In this document: positions 36,620-49,392 of the stretch, piece after piece
Position numbering within the stretch: position 1 is the first letter of the stretch
Layout: each line of letters begins with the position of its first letter
NCBI GenBank assembly: GCA_010093815.1
Contig: ML996572.1
Direction: 5' to 3' (one strand)
Source of the DNA: Pseudovirgaria hyperparasitica
Taxonomy: Eukaryota
Length of the DNA: 64,000 nucleotides
Made by a program: the position numbers and the translations under genes
The notes under the pieces: generated by a model
Database searches by the model: none
Seen by the model: only the letters and a program-made list of their open reading frames with translations
Told to the model about the DNA's origin: nothing

Positions 36620-38250
36620 AATGAGCTTACGATCTATTCCGAGGGCGTGGGATTACTTTGTATTAGATTGAATAAAGTTGGGTGTATCCATACTAGGCCA
36701 TATCGAGGCAGACCTTAGGCCTAAGGCAGAAAGTAAGCCTTAGGTTAATATTCATGCCTGATTCTAGCCTAAGAGAAGGCATTAAGCGATAGATAAACAT
36801 ATACCCTACTTTATTTAATCTAACACAAGTAATCTAGCCAATTAGATTAAGACTATACCACATTAGTCGTTAATCTAAACCATATATTAAGCTCGTATTC
36901 TCTATTGCAATTTTAACTAGATTCAGCTTATATACTCGGATTAATTGATATATTTACCGAAGTCTATATATATAGCTTACTTACGAATGGTACGTAGCGA
37001 GAGTTAGAAGTGATGAGTTAGTACCCTTACATTATGCATTCGAAAAGATCTTCTAGGGTGAAGCCTTTAGAGTAGTACTACGGAGTAACCAATCTCACTT
37101 ATTAACAGGTACGTTGTTGGTTTAATTTAGCGTTTTCCTTAAAGAACTGAGGATATTACCTTAACATCACCTACCATTTGGCCCCTAGTGTAACGTTGCT
37201 TATTGGAATGTTATCGAGTATAGGTATGTAAGAAGTAAGAAGCATGTCTATTAATAACTATTAATACGTTCTATATATGTGCCTTATAAGTTATAGGGAG
37301 ATTACATAAAGAAGGGGGCACGTGATAACAGATAATATTCCATGCATGTCCGTAATGAAAAGGTAAAATAAGGTGAGGTTGAAAATAGATCGAATCATGA
37401 CAATTAGCGGAAGTCCCATCAGTATTAAAAAGGACCATATCGAACTCCGTGCGCGTTACATCTTAATCTCGATTAACAAAATTAGTCGTGCTAAATCTAG
37501 CGAGTGAACGACTATTTACCGGCTAGTTTTTGGAGTAATCATCTTCTAGAACTGATATATTATCCAGTAAGGAGCAGCAGAGTTTTCAGTTCACCCGTTT
37601 ATCTATGTTGAGACATTGTGATCTTAGTTGCCACATTGATATGAAAAGGCTCTTCTTAGGAACAGTCTGTTTGTCGCCGGCTGGGTCCTGTATGCCTCTT
37701 GATTTACCAACCTTGGAGTACCTCGGTATGAAGCACATGAGCCTCAGTATGGACTGGATAGGGGTAGATTTAGGTAGGCACACCTGTGGAGACTTGACGA
37801 TTATCTGTATATCTCGCTTATGTGGTATATATTAGTCTCCCGCCTTGTGTGATAGTCAAAGACGGAAGATAATCAGCACTTGACATGGAAGATGATGACA
37901 TCAGACTATGCTATGAGCAGTCTCGCTGTGATCAAATGATAGGTTCAGTAAGACTTGTCTCACGAATGATTTCAAGCATTGTTTCTGCATTAGTGGCTGT
38001 TATCCGTGTCTCATTCAGTCTAGCAGATATAGCTGTTATAACTACTTGTATGTTATCAACGCTGTGTATAGCTATGCTATGTATTGCCTATCTTAGCATT
38101 TCAGAGCTATTCGGGAGTTTCATCCTAAGCCGTTTCATGGAGAGCTGTACTGTACACCTTATAGATCGGACACCCTCTGTTTGTTTTCTATCGGCGTACA
38201 CGATTGTTTCAGTAGCGGATAGATCTCGAAGGTTCATCACCTGTCAGTAG
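36620..38250. other. AT/TpA-rich, stop-riddled relic consistent with RIP-degraded repeat or gene DNA
   Basis: Visible excess of TA/TAG/TAA, no credible ORF across about 1.6 kb; element family not recognisable. Confidence 0.55.
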
Positions 38251-38562
38251 TTCGCCAAAGGTTGGTCGCACTGTCTTACGAGTGAATTGGATGCCATGAG
38301 CTTACGACCCTCTGGAGCGCTGCGCATGCTCTGTTTCTTGTTTCATTGTTGTACAATTTCGGTATCTTGTTTTCATTGTTAAATAAGAAGGACTTCCTTG
38401 CAGTTCGTCAGGCTCCATTTCGCCCCTCACATTCCTCCCATACCCCTGCTATTGCCACTGCTCTTGTACGTATAAAGGCGAGCGAGATTATGACTAGTTT
38501 AATGTAAAGTGAACCACAAACAACAACTTGTGTAAGTTCGCATATTGAAGCCCACACGCACC

Positions 38563-39303
38563 ATGGCATCACGCAACAACGAAACCGAACTCGAGAACCT
38601 AGGCCAAGGAAGATCTCGCAGCAGGGGAGATGGTGGACTCTTTAGACCACCTGACGCACACCTTCTAAGACAACGAAGCTCTAGTGCTTCTCCTCGCCGT
38701 GTCTCTGGTCCTAAAACTTCTCGATCCCCATCCAGGACGGTATCTAATCCTCTCGGGCTTCATGAGTCAAGCTCGACCGTGAGGAGATCTTCTCCGGCAT
38801 TCTCACCTTCTGGGCGTCCTGGCAATGATGAAAGGAGACACCGCCCTGACCGTGAAGAGTTCGACGTAGGAACGGGCGCATCGATATCGCTGTCATCGTC
38901 TGCACAACACGGACAGCGTGCTAACGACGGTAGAGAAAATCAATGGAGGATAAGCCAGTATAGCGGCTCCAGAGATCAGCGTGCATCGGTATCGCCATCA
39001 CCACAGCGCTCACAGAGCCGTGACTATTATGATAGAGAAGGCGGACGAAGGATGAGACAGCATAGTGGCTCTAGAGCGTACCATGGATCCAGAGGACGTA
39101 GTCGGGTAGGGCGATCCCACCAGAGTCGACATCATTCAGCCAGCGACACGCATATAACGACTCCCCATCTGGATGGGTCTCGCAGGGAATACACTTCGGG
39201 ATATGGCAGACAGAGATCAAGCATGCACGCGGTGCCACGAGATGCAAACTCCCGATGGAGTAGGTCACCTTCGGAAGATAGTTCCGATTGTTGCGGTTGT
39301 TGA
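38563..39303 (+). CDS. Orphan Arg/Ser-rich disordered protein ending in CCGC
   Basis: 246-codon open frame, ATG in CACCATGG context, TATAAA at about 38471. Confidence 0.55.
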   Translation: MASRNNETELENLGQGRSRSRGDGGLFRPPDAHLLRQRSSSASPRRVSGPKTSRSPSRTVSNPLGLHESSSTVRRSSPAFSPSGRPGNDERRHRPDREEFDVGTGASISLSSSAQHGQRANDGRENQWRISQYSGSRDQRASVSPSPQRSQSRDYYDREGGRRMRQHSGSRAYHGSRGRSRVGRSHQSRHHSASDTHITTPHLDGSRREYTSGYGRQRSSMHAVPRDANSRWSRSPSEDSSDCCGC

Positions 39304-39832
39304 GCCTGTTGGCTCAAGCAGATCTGCAGAGAGAAATGATGTAGACTGTAATGTTTCCCTCTTTTGTTGACTAGCAATACAATTTCAGTGTGATCCACTT
39401 ATGGTTTTATTGAATACGTATTAAGTTCGGAGTAATATTATAAGGTATGACTCGAACTAGAACACTTATGACTGTTACACTATGCTTGTCTGTCTTGATG
39501 AAACTCTTCACTGACGTATAAAAACTGCTTGTCAACTTTGCATCATTCCTCTATCTAGGTCCACCGCTACCCTGATACTGGGAAGCCGGATTATCGCTCA
39601 GATCAACACTATGGTGCAAAGAAACTGGTTGTTGGTACTACAGTATATTTGTTTTTTCATCAATGCGGCGATTCATGTTTGCCTTGCGCTCTCATCCATG
39701 TCATTCTCAGGGAAGGTGGGGTAATATATACCTAGCACATGTGCATCGATTCTTGATTTCTTCTCATTCCAGAGCTATGTAATTGCCACTCGCAGTCATC
39801 GTCGAAGCATTACGGTCCTTTCATCCGCAAAT

Positions 39833-40558
39833 ATGGCGTCCGATAGCCATCGTAGAGCTTCACAAGAAGCCAAACATTTAGACCTCGAGGTGAATGAAGA
39901 CGGGGATATGCTCGGCGCGTCCCCCTTCACTGTCCTAGTCCTTTCATGCAATTGCATTGGACGTTGGGGCTTTGGTACTGCTACACGATTTGCTGCTCGC
40001 TTCCCATCAGTCCACAAGAGATACTGGCAGCACTGCAATCCTGTATTGAGTGACGACAAATCAGCATGGATTGCCGGACCCGACAGCCACAAGCTTCTCG
40101 GCACCGCTCTCCTTATACCGCCCAACGACGAGTGCGAATACTGGATCGCCTGCTTGTTTACCAGCATATACTACAAGCTAGAACAAAGAGATCCCGACGA
40201 AATGATCCTGGTGAACACAGCGAAGGCCATGATGGATATGTTGCAGCAGATTTGCGCGATCGAGTTGCGTAATCTGAAAGGGGGCCCAACAGGGCTTGGA
40301 GGCGTTGCAGAAGAAGTGAAGTTGCCGACGATTGGGGAGCTGGTAACCAATAAGATCAGCTCAATTGGCTTTGAAGTAGCCTGGGACAAGACAGAAGCGG
40401 TGCTGAAGGGTTTGACACTGAAACAGGGTATGCGCAAGGTTTTGCATGTCTACACGAAGAAATTCGACGATGAAGAGGTCCCTAAGATAGATGGGCTTGA
40501 TCCAGAAAGGCACTTCTACAACAAGAAAGTTGTCCAAACTCCGAAAGGTCTAAACTGA
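39833..40558 (+). CDS. Divergent macrodomain protein, Poa1p-like (ADP-ribose-1''-phosphate phosphatase family)
   Basis: GDML..TVLVLSCNCIGRWGFG..ARFP..Y, LLGTALLIPP, WIACLFTS, D..EMIL..T..AM.DML, KISSIGFEVAWDKT. Confidence 0.75.
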   Translation: MASDSHRRASQEAKHLDLEVNEDGDMLGASPFTVLVLSCNCIGRWGFGTATRFAARFPSVHKRYWQHCNPVLSDDKSAWIAGPDSHKLLGTALLIPPNDECEYWIACLFTSIYYKLEQRDPDEMILVNTAKAMMDMLQQICAIELRNLKGGPTGLGGVAEEVKLPTIGELVTNKISSIGFEVAWDKTEAVLKGLTLKQGMRKVLHVYTKKFDDEEVPKIDGLDPERHFYNKKVVQTPKGLN

Positions 40559-41072
40559 CTTATATTCGAGACACACGATGCACGATTTGCTAGGTCCAGG
40601 AACCAACATGATAGCCATGCTTTGAATGTTACGAATTCCATTTAGGGCTTGAGAATGTTTTCATATAGCAGGAACGACTGGAGCCTTGCCTGAGAGCTGA
40701 GACTATATTGAAAAGGGATATGAACATTTCGACGTGGCCTAGCACTTTTAGAACAGTTTTGATCATGTAGTCTGAAATAGAGCCATTCCCTTGAAATTAA
40801 TGCCGAACAAGATGATTGAAATGTTTACTTGGCTGAGTTTTACTTACCACTTCAGGAAATCTTTAGTATCAATGATTGATTTATGACATATGTTGCCTTG
40901 TTAACTTCCAAAGTATCAGTCCTTTCTTAAATTTGATGTAATGTCGTGTTGTAGTCTATTATTGGTATGCATCTGTTCCATAATCTTGCCTTTAACGACC
41001 AAGCAGTCTTGAGTCAGCATCACCACTAACTTGAAAACAAGTGCCTTCCGACCAGAATATGTGTAAAGCCTG

Positions 41073-42149
41073 CTAGTTGCTGGAATTTCCCTCAGTCGAC
41101 CAATGGGATCCTCCAAGGCCGGTAGTGGTGACGCGCGACCCATGACTTTTCCGTCGTCTTCGACGTCCTACGCCATCCTCAGTCCGCCAGCTCTCCTCAT
41201 CCTCGACTCTTGGACTGCGGCTTCGATGCTGCTGATGCATTCGTTCCGGTGTACGGCGCGATGTAGGCGATGGTGGGAGCCTACGAGCACTTGGTGCACC
41301 ATACTCCCATGTCTCGGTGGTCTTGGTGACAATCACATCTGGGGTTCGGCCAGGAGATCTCATAATTTCACCAGAACGTGGATGAGATCGTGTCCGTTGT
41401 CTCTGGGGTAGCGATCGGACAATGTCAGGTGAGTCCCGAGCCCCCGTTAGGGTCTGCGGATAAGCTGGACTCAGCGATTGTGCACGTCTAGTGGATGGCT
41501 CGTATTGAACACGAGTTCGTGACCGAGGACGCTGCTCTTCAGAAGCATACTGGGCCCTGGTGTAGGAAACAGGTCTTTCCGGACGTTGTGATGCTGGGTA
41601 ACGGCGTGCGGATAGAGATCGAGCTCGAGGCAAAGAAGTTGCCTCTGGCCTGTCGTGTATGTACTCGTAGGACACCTGTCCAGGAGGCACGAGTGAGAGA
41701 CTGCGAAATGTTGTAGTAATATCCTGCGTATGACGATGGTCGGGTATATTCTGGGAATATTCACGGCGGTTGTGATTTCGTGAATCTTTCTCATAATCAG
41801 CTGAAGAGGATCTTCTTTCGTGCCATGATCTCGGCATCACACTACGTGATCGTGAGGGGCGCCTTCTGGGTTCAGCTTCAAAAGGTCTGCGATCGTGGTC
41901 TGGTCGCGGATCTAGCACTGAATTTTCTCTTCCAGAAGGTTTGTCGAAATCATAGTCTGGTGGGTATCTTTTCGTTTTGGGGTCCTGTGTATTGGAAAGG
42001 CGACCTCGTTCTCTAACTGAGAGAGGATACGGCGGTGCTTCAGGCCTATACGGGCCAATGAAAAGATTTTGCCGTGAATGATGCTCCCGATCTTCCTCGT
42101 CAGAACTGTCACCAGTTCCATAGTCTTTGGTATGTCTTGAGTAGCTCAT
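41073..42149 (-). CDS. Orphan Arg/Ser/Pro/Tyr-rich disordered protein
   Basis: 358-codon ATG-initiated ORF with low-complexity composition; no recognisable domain. Confidence 0.55.
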   Translation of the reverse strand: MSYSRHTKDYGTGDSSDEEDREHHSRQNLFIGPYRPEAPPYPLSVRERGRLSNTQDPKTKRYPPDYDFDKPSGRENSVLDPRPDHDRRPFEAEPRRRPSRSRSVMPRSWHERRSSSADYEKDSRNHNRREYSQNIPDHRHTQDITTTFRSLSLVPPGQVSYEYIHDRPEATSLPRARSLSARRYPASQRPERPVSYTRAQYASEEQRPRSRTRVQYEPSTRRAQSLSPAYPQTLTGARDSPDIVRSLPQRQRTRSHPRSGEIMRSPGRTPDVIVTKTTETWEYGAPSARRLPPSPTSRRTPERMHQQHRSRSPRVEDEESWRTEDGVGRRRRRKSHGSRVTTTGLGGSHWSTEGNSSN

Positions 42150-42556
42150 AGTACCTAAACCACTAAATGTTGCAGGTCTATGTCTGAGTCAGAGAGCGTC
42201 TTGGAAAATGAGAATATGTGTGCTGATGCACGCCACTAGACTTTGTTCTTATATGCCGCGTTGCAGGGGTACACACAATGTAAAGTGGCAAAGTGTATGT
42301 AGGCAGAGATCGAACAGGCCAAAGAAACAAGTTTCTGCGTCGTGAACAGTGCACTCGAAATTGTAATTCCCGGCTTAGGATACCTGGCGGGAATCAGCCC
42401 TGCAGGCCCTAATCCCCTAATCTCGGGTAAAGTTCTTCTGTCTACTCGAGTACCGTGTTCCAAGGTCGTATATGGTATCATTAAACCCTCCTAATGCACA
42501 CAAAGATCTCCTCCTATGTTCATAACTCATGCTGTACATCCGCTGTCTTCCCCTAA

Positions 42557-45555
42557 TTACCTGGCACTTACTCCAATCCCACACATACACTGACAATCCG
42601 GTACTGGACACATCTGATGCCTCCGGAACCATTCCTGTGCATGATTCCCATGAAATCCATGCCCACACCCTAGACAGAGCGTCATCTGTCTCGCAAGCAT
42701 ATCTTCCTCACTCAGAGCTGCCGCACCCCCCAACTTCGCCGGATCCGGGCTACCCAGCCACATCATACAAATCCCACATCTCGGCATCGGGGCTCCACAT
42801 CGAGGACACACTGTTCCAGCAGCAGACGCTGGAGTTTTGGGCGGTGCTTTCTGCTCCACTGCAGATTTAGATCCTGGTGCTGCAGGTGGACCAATTTTGG
42901 ACATGGCTAGTGGCTTTGCCACATGCCTTGCCAGGTTTAGTTGGCAGTTGTTGCACCGAATCGTAACTTGTGGCCCGGGTATCTTGACTTCACTTTTTCC
43001 GCGCCTACTGACGGCGCGAACACTATGCTGTGCAACAAACTTCGCGCGTTGTACGAAGGCGTGCCAGACATGCATCTGTGCCAAGTATGCATCGTACCAG
43101 GCCTGCCATCGTACATCGTTGGGAACGCTATACAACGGTTGACTGCGACCAAGGGCCAGAACGGCGGTCTGAAGGTCGCCGAAGCGTGCGATGTATTTCT
43201 CAAAAAGATCAATGGCAGGATAGTCAAGGCCTGTGAGCACGAGGCCTTCGATAGATCCTGCAGATATGACAGAGAAGGTGTGGCGCTCAATAAAGGTGCC
43301 CACGGCATAGTCATCGAGATAAGTGAGAGCAATGCCGACGCGATCTGCAAGGGCAAGCTGCGGCATTTCGACGACACGGGCCCAAGAGTGATTGATGAAG
43401 TATGTTAGTAGGGCGGTCAGGTAAGGGTCAGACGATTCTTCGAGCATCCAGCTGAAGGTTGACTCGCGGTCATCAGAAATCACAGCACCAGCGATGATGG
43501 CTGCCAAACCGATGTTCTGGATGTGGCCGGCACGGGTGGCGGTACGTAGAAGGTCAATTGCAAGGTCGGTATGGCCTTTGAAATAGGCGAGAACAATGGC
43601 TTTGTAGGCATAACCATGTTCTATGAGAGCAAGAGAATGCGTGTGTAGAGTAGATCTAGGAAGGGCCCATCCGCAGATTGCTAAGCAAAGCTGGCGCTGC
43701 TCGGTGAATTTGGTCGGCACGGCGTTCAGGAGGGGAGGAAGCTCTTTGTTTTTGACTATGCGACTCACGGTCCTGCTTACGGCTGCGTCGGTAGCTGCAT
43801 CACCACTTATCAGGCGATTATCGACGCGGCGCATTTTGAGAGTGTTTCGCCAGACCGTGTGCACACCAGCATAGCTCATGTCTAGGTCGTGCGCGACCAT
43901 GCCGTCGTCGGCTTTGAGATCGTCGAGGCGTGCTATTAGATCCCACATGTCCCCAAGCCACGGGTCATCCTTAACAATGAGCTTGTTCTTCTTGCAGTCG
44001 AACAGATAACCCTCCATACAACGTCTTCTTTGCACGTCAAGCGTAGTGAACAAATCTTCTGGTTCTAACGCGCTGTTCGCAATAGTGAGTAAGTCTTCGT
44101 GCAATGACTGGCTTGAGCTCGACGTCCCTGCGTCTAATTTCATCATCTCTATCGCGGGATTCAGCGTCTCTGTCGATACCAAGCTACCGGTCAGCACCAT
44201 AGAGTCCGTCATTGCCTCTTTCCCAGTCAGCGCAATCCGTCGTATCTCGTCCATGTCGTCGGCAATCTTTCTCCTGTGTGCTCTAGGATGATACAGAAGC
44301 GTTTGATCCCGATATAGCTCGTTCGTAGCTGTAAAATTGATATGCGGTGGTGCATCTGGAATCCTAAGCATGGTGACCTCACGCTGCTGCTGCCCTTGGG
44401 GCCGCGTCATCGCAATTAGACAACTACCTTCCGCTGGACACCCCGGGTTCATGAAGTCATATGCGTATACTCTCTCGTTTTCGGCTGGTCGCTCGTATTG
44501 TCTAGCCCAAGACACATCCGATCTCGAGTACTGTAGAACGTGGCTCCGTCTGACGTACTGGTTCGCGGCCCAAGGCGTACCTCCATAGTCATTGGAAGGT
44601 CCGGAATGCAGAATATTGCTGGACTTTATACCATGCTGCGCAGTTTCCACGATCTTGATCTCGCCTGTGTTTGCAAGGATGCCAAAACAGCCACGCTTCG
44701 TTCCAGAATGCCGAAGTGACCAGATTGAAGTCGATTGACCCGGAGTCGACGTGTCAATTGCCGGTCTCAATTCGAGAAGAGATCCGGCGGGGACTTCGGA
44801 TGAGGGCGTGCCGGAAGTAGAGCGCGATACGTAACGGCGGTCCCATATACTCACCGTCGCGTCTCCGGCTGGACCAGCGGAGATGAAGAAATTCTCGTCC
44901 AGGGGGTCAATAGATATGTTATTGACTTGACGAGTAGGAAACTGGGCAGTACTACTGCCTGGTGAGTCTACTACTGTAAGCTTAGATCCGCACCATTTGA
45001 ACTCATATGTGTTATACCTCGCAGATCATATAGTCGTATACACTGGCCCCTAACTCCTGCTAACAGCGTATCCGGCTGTCCAGGGAAGAACTTGATACTT
45101 GAGATCGCCTCGCTCGTCCCTAACTTTCGGTACGGTTCTGTGTTTACCGGCATACTTGCGTTGAGGTCATAAATGTTCATGCACACATCATTCCTTACGT
45201 TATCCAGTCCGGTTGCCAGGAAGTTCTTGGCGCTAAAGGCGATCGAGTTACATTTGCGCTGCCGCTTGATGGGGAATGATTGCATGAATGCATTATCACC
45301 TTTTTGTAGATCCAGAAGTACGGCTTCGCCAGTCGCAGCCCCGATGCCAACAAAGTGCTCCTGTGTTTTTGACCAGTCGAAGGCGGTGAAATTTGGGAGT
45401 TTGCGACGCGTGTTGATTTCGGAGTACAAGATCTTCTTATCATGGCTGATATTGTCGAGCTTGCAGTATTGGAGGCGATTGTTTGAGACGCTGATTATAA
45501 CGAAGCGTGGATCCGACGCCGTAGAATGTGGTGACCAGCGGATTGCTTCTTCCAT
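42557..45555 (-). CDS. SEA4: SEACAT/GATOR2 subunit Sea4/Mios (WD40 + alpha-solenoid + C-terminal RING/zinc ribbon)
   Basis: MEEAIRWSP.. KRQRKCNSIAFS, ALADRVGIAL, GSIEGLVLTGL, C-terminal CNNC..CPRCGAPMPRCGIC..CLGCGHGFHGNHAQEWF..CPVPDCQCMC. Confidence 0.9.
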
Positions 45556-45895
45556 CGTGCCAGGCGTACGCGGTAGGAGGTATTAGTGAGCATCACATTA
45601 TCAAGCTCTAGATAACATCATCAAGACCTTGGGCGTAATGGGTTTCAAGGGCTTTGTATCCAATTAAGATGTAAGATGAGCACGTGCATATAGATGCTTG
45701 TTCCTGCAGCATCTCCACGTCTAAGGCCGTCTGATAGACCGACGTTGATGATTGCGCTCGGACCACAACGCCATGGATGACCCACTCTAACTTTCATCCA
45801 TATAGGCAGAAAAGCTCGAAAGATAATATCCAAGCCTGTAGATAACCACTCACGCTTCAACGCCCACAATACCATTTTTCACAGTCGCACACACA

Positions 45896-46804
45896 ATGGC
45901 ACCACAACCTCCAACACATCCCTCACGTAGCAAACTTCTTGGACTTCCCTCACAACCGAAAACAAAGCGGAAGAAGAAGGAAAAGCCAGCCCACATTCGC
46001 GGTCCAGCATACTCCAAGGCACACACCGTGAACCCTATCAAACGTCGCATCCGTGACCTTGAGCGCTTGCTCTCTGGCCCGCGTAATATCCCTGCCGATG
46101 TACGAATAGCACAGGAGCGAGAGCTGGGGAGCCTGAAGAGAGACCTAGAGCAAGAGGAGGCGGATATGCGACGGAGCGAGATGATTAGAAAGTACCACAT
46201 GGTGCGGTTCTTTGGTAAGTCTATACAAATACTCACGAAGACTCCCAAGGCGATAGTGTTATATGCGCGAAGCTGATCGCACATCTCAGAAAGCAAGAAA
46301 GCTGAGCGCAACCTCAAAAAAGCCCGCCGAGCTCTGAATAATGCAACGACGCCAGACGAGACTGCGACAGCACAAGCGCACGTACATACATGTGAGGTCG
46401 ATTACAACTACACAAGATTTTATCCATTTTTGAAAGCATATCATGCGTTATACCCACGGCAACAGGGCCAGGTCGTAGGCGAGGGAAGCAAGCCAGAAGA
46501 GGGTGAAAAAATGGACATTGACACTGAAGCAAAGCCTGAGAGTACTATAACTGAGGGCAAAGGTGATCGCGAAATGTGGGCAGCGATTGAAAAGGCGATG
46601 GTGGACGGGACATTAGAGGCGTTACGCGACAGTAAGGTGCATGCTCCCGGGGAAATGAAGAACACGAAGAAGTCGGCGAGGGTTGAGAAGGAAGGACGTC
46701 CCACAAAAGCGAAGTCAAGGATAGAGAAAGCGAGTGGTGGTCGAGACAAAGCGAACAATGCGCGCGAGGAAGACGAGGATAGCGACGGTGGGTTCTTCGA
46801 ATGA
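45896..46804 (+). CDS. EFG1: rRNA-processing protein Efg1; 2 exons
   Basis: NPIKRRIRDLERLL..NIPADVRIAQERE..MIRKYHMVRFF|ESKKAER..EVDYNYTRFYP..YHALYP..DSDGGFFE. Confidence 0.9.
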
Positions 46805-47828
46805 AGTCATGGCATCCCAAAAGTATTCGCATTTTCTTGGCGTCAACATCTGCGGGAACCTCTACATGCGCGCAGGGCAAGGTGTCAAGGTTGCTGCACA
46901 TTACATTTAAACATACCTAGCGTGTGAACACAACAAGCTGCTTTTGGCGTTTTATCAGACGGCCAAGGAGCAAAACTTGAGCAGGAGTTGTTATGATCAT
47001 TTGCATGCTACGAATCCTCCTGGAGTTCTCCCACAGAACAATCTGTCGTCCTATCTCGCATTCACAAACGCGCAAGACTTATATTTCCGTGCGCCTAGTT
47101 CTTGAAAATTACGCCATGGGACTAAATCACAGGCGTGAATATGGACCAAGTGACTGACAAGCTTTCACCTTGGCAAGTCTCTACTCACATGAGACGAACG
47201 TCAAAAGTAATGGAACAGGGTAAAATCAGATTCCAGGGGCAGACATATAGTCAGCGTCAGAGGGCGCGCTAGAGAAGGAGAAGACTACGATAAAATATTG
47301 TATACTACTAGCTTTGCTACGGTACATAAAGATCCGGCGCTTCAGTATACATATTCCAACGCATTATAGTTTGTAATGATTAGAAGTGCAACTTGAAATG
47401 GCATTTAGGGCGGTAGTATTGTATGTTATCTTACAGCGTCACAACGTTAACCGAAGACAGTTTGCGAAGACTTTGATATCTGATTAAATATCGTATATGG
47501 TCACCTCGCCCAGTTACCGATCATAAACTATAGTAGAAGAATACCCAACGCCATTCCATGCGTCCGTAGATGGCCTAAATGTACCTACGTGTCCTTCTGT
47601 CGGACGGAGAAGGGCTAAGATGCGTATGATTGCGTGGGCGGTCGAAATGTGAAGTAACATGCTGCGTGCACATAATGTGGCTTCAGTGTACTCCCAAACC
47701 CCAATTTTTCTCTTTAGCGATATTCTAGAGCATGAGATTCTCTATGGCTATTCGCTCTTGCTTTTTATTAGCGGTTCGCTATCGCTCTCAACAGCAGCGA
47801 CTTTAGATTGCAAAGCTGTGCTGGAAAT

Positions 47829-49392
47829 TTAGTCTTCCCAAGCCCATACTTGCTTGAGATATGCGGCAACGTTGACTTTTTTCGACTTCATTTCGACCAT
47901 CCACGGGTGCTCGAGCATACGCCAGGGTGACGCGCGACGACCAGGCTCTTTCTCAAGACTGAGTCTAGGTTAGCCATACCATAATCAGGAAGATCTGTCT
48001 TGTGCCGACTTACCAACAATCAATGAAATACTTGAAGTTTTCACTCCATTTGATCCCATTGTCTGGCTCATCCTTCAACTTCGGGATTTCTTGTCGTACA
48101 ATGTATGTCAAGAGATCAATCAAACCAGCTCTGGGGTTCATCTCACTTCCGTCAGCAGGAAATGGGAATCTGTGCTGTGCGACTTCGAGCAAGGTGACTC
48201 CAAGACTCCATACATCCGATGTAATGGTGTAACTCTGGCCAGTAATACGTTCTGGTGCCATGTAGTAACTCGTTCCGATAAAGGTATTTGCATCGCCTTT
48301 CGTACCGAACTCTCCTGATACACCAAAATCGCAAAGTTTGACCTGGCCATTCCGGCAGAGAAGGATGTTGGAAGGTTTAATGTCGCGGTGAATGATTCGA
48401 TGAGAATGGAGATAAGTTAGTCCGTTGAGCACACCTTCTGCTACCTTGCCCAGGACCTTTTCACCTGTCCTTCCTCCCCTGCCTTTCACTTCGCGATAAA
48501 CCGAGTCTAGAGATCCTCCCTCGCAGAATTCCATAGCGATACTGATTGTTCCAGAGTTGTCGTCGAAGGCACCGTAGTACTGACAGATATGGTCCGAGGC
48601 GCAATTCTTGTTGAAAGAAAGTTCTCGAACGATCTGTTTCTTGACATCGGGATCCGGATTTGTTGTGATAATCTAACCAGTTTGTCAGTCCCCAGCGTCT
48701 TTACTCGAGAGCCGAGCTCTACATACCTTCAGTGCGAAGACGGTCTTGCCGCCTTTCAAAACGCAGCGAGTGACAGCACCACCAGCGCCCTCACCCAAAC
48801 TCCCTATTTCTTGTATCATGTCTTTACTGCTAGCCGCCCTCCAGCCTGCATCATCCAAATCTTCTACATCTAACGGCCTGCCCTTATCTTCAGCCATTTT
48901 CTCAAGGTCTGGATAGTTTGCAGGATCACGTTCGTTCCTTCCGCCTTCGCTTCCACCTTGAGATATCGCCGAAAGAGGGTCAGAATTTTGTGGTCTTAGC
49001 GGCCCTGAGATGCTTAATTGTGGGTGTGAATACGATGAGGATGCCGCTGATCCCGATCCATTCTGTTGTGAATCACCAAAGCTCCCCGATCTAGAATGTG
49101 TACTTGTATCGCTTGAACCGCCAGCCGAATTGCCAGTCTGGAGGGGTTGTAGTCTCGGTTGTGGTCGGGTCTGCTCCTGAGGAGTTGTGTTACTTCCCAT
49201 TGGTGTTGCGAGTCGCAGTTGAGGGGCAGCTGGCCGAGATAGGGTGGGAACGTCATTGTTGTTTGCGGCGCCATTTGTGACTGGCCTGGCATTTGGTGAT
49301 GGCGGAATTGAGAGGCCTAGGCGCGGCATTCTACTGCCGCCTCGATGCGCACCAGGAATCGGAGGGCGGAGGAGAGGCGCCGGTGACGACAT
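47829..49392 (-). CDS. MKK1: MAP kinase kinase of the cell-wall-integrity pathway (Mkk1/Mkk2); 3 exons
   Basis: [73 protein letters not shown]. Confidence 0.93.

Noticed and set aside
29340..42200. Starship or other intact mobile element
   Set aside because: No captain recombinase, transposase, reverse transcriptase, terminal repeats or target-site duplication recognised
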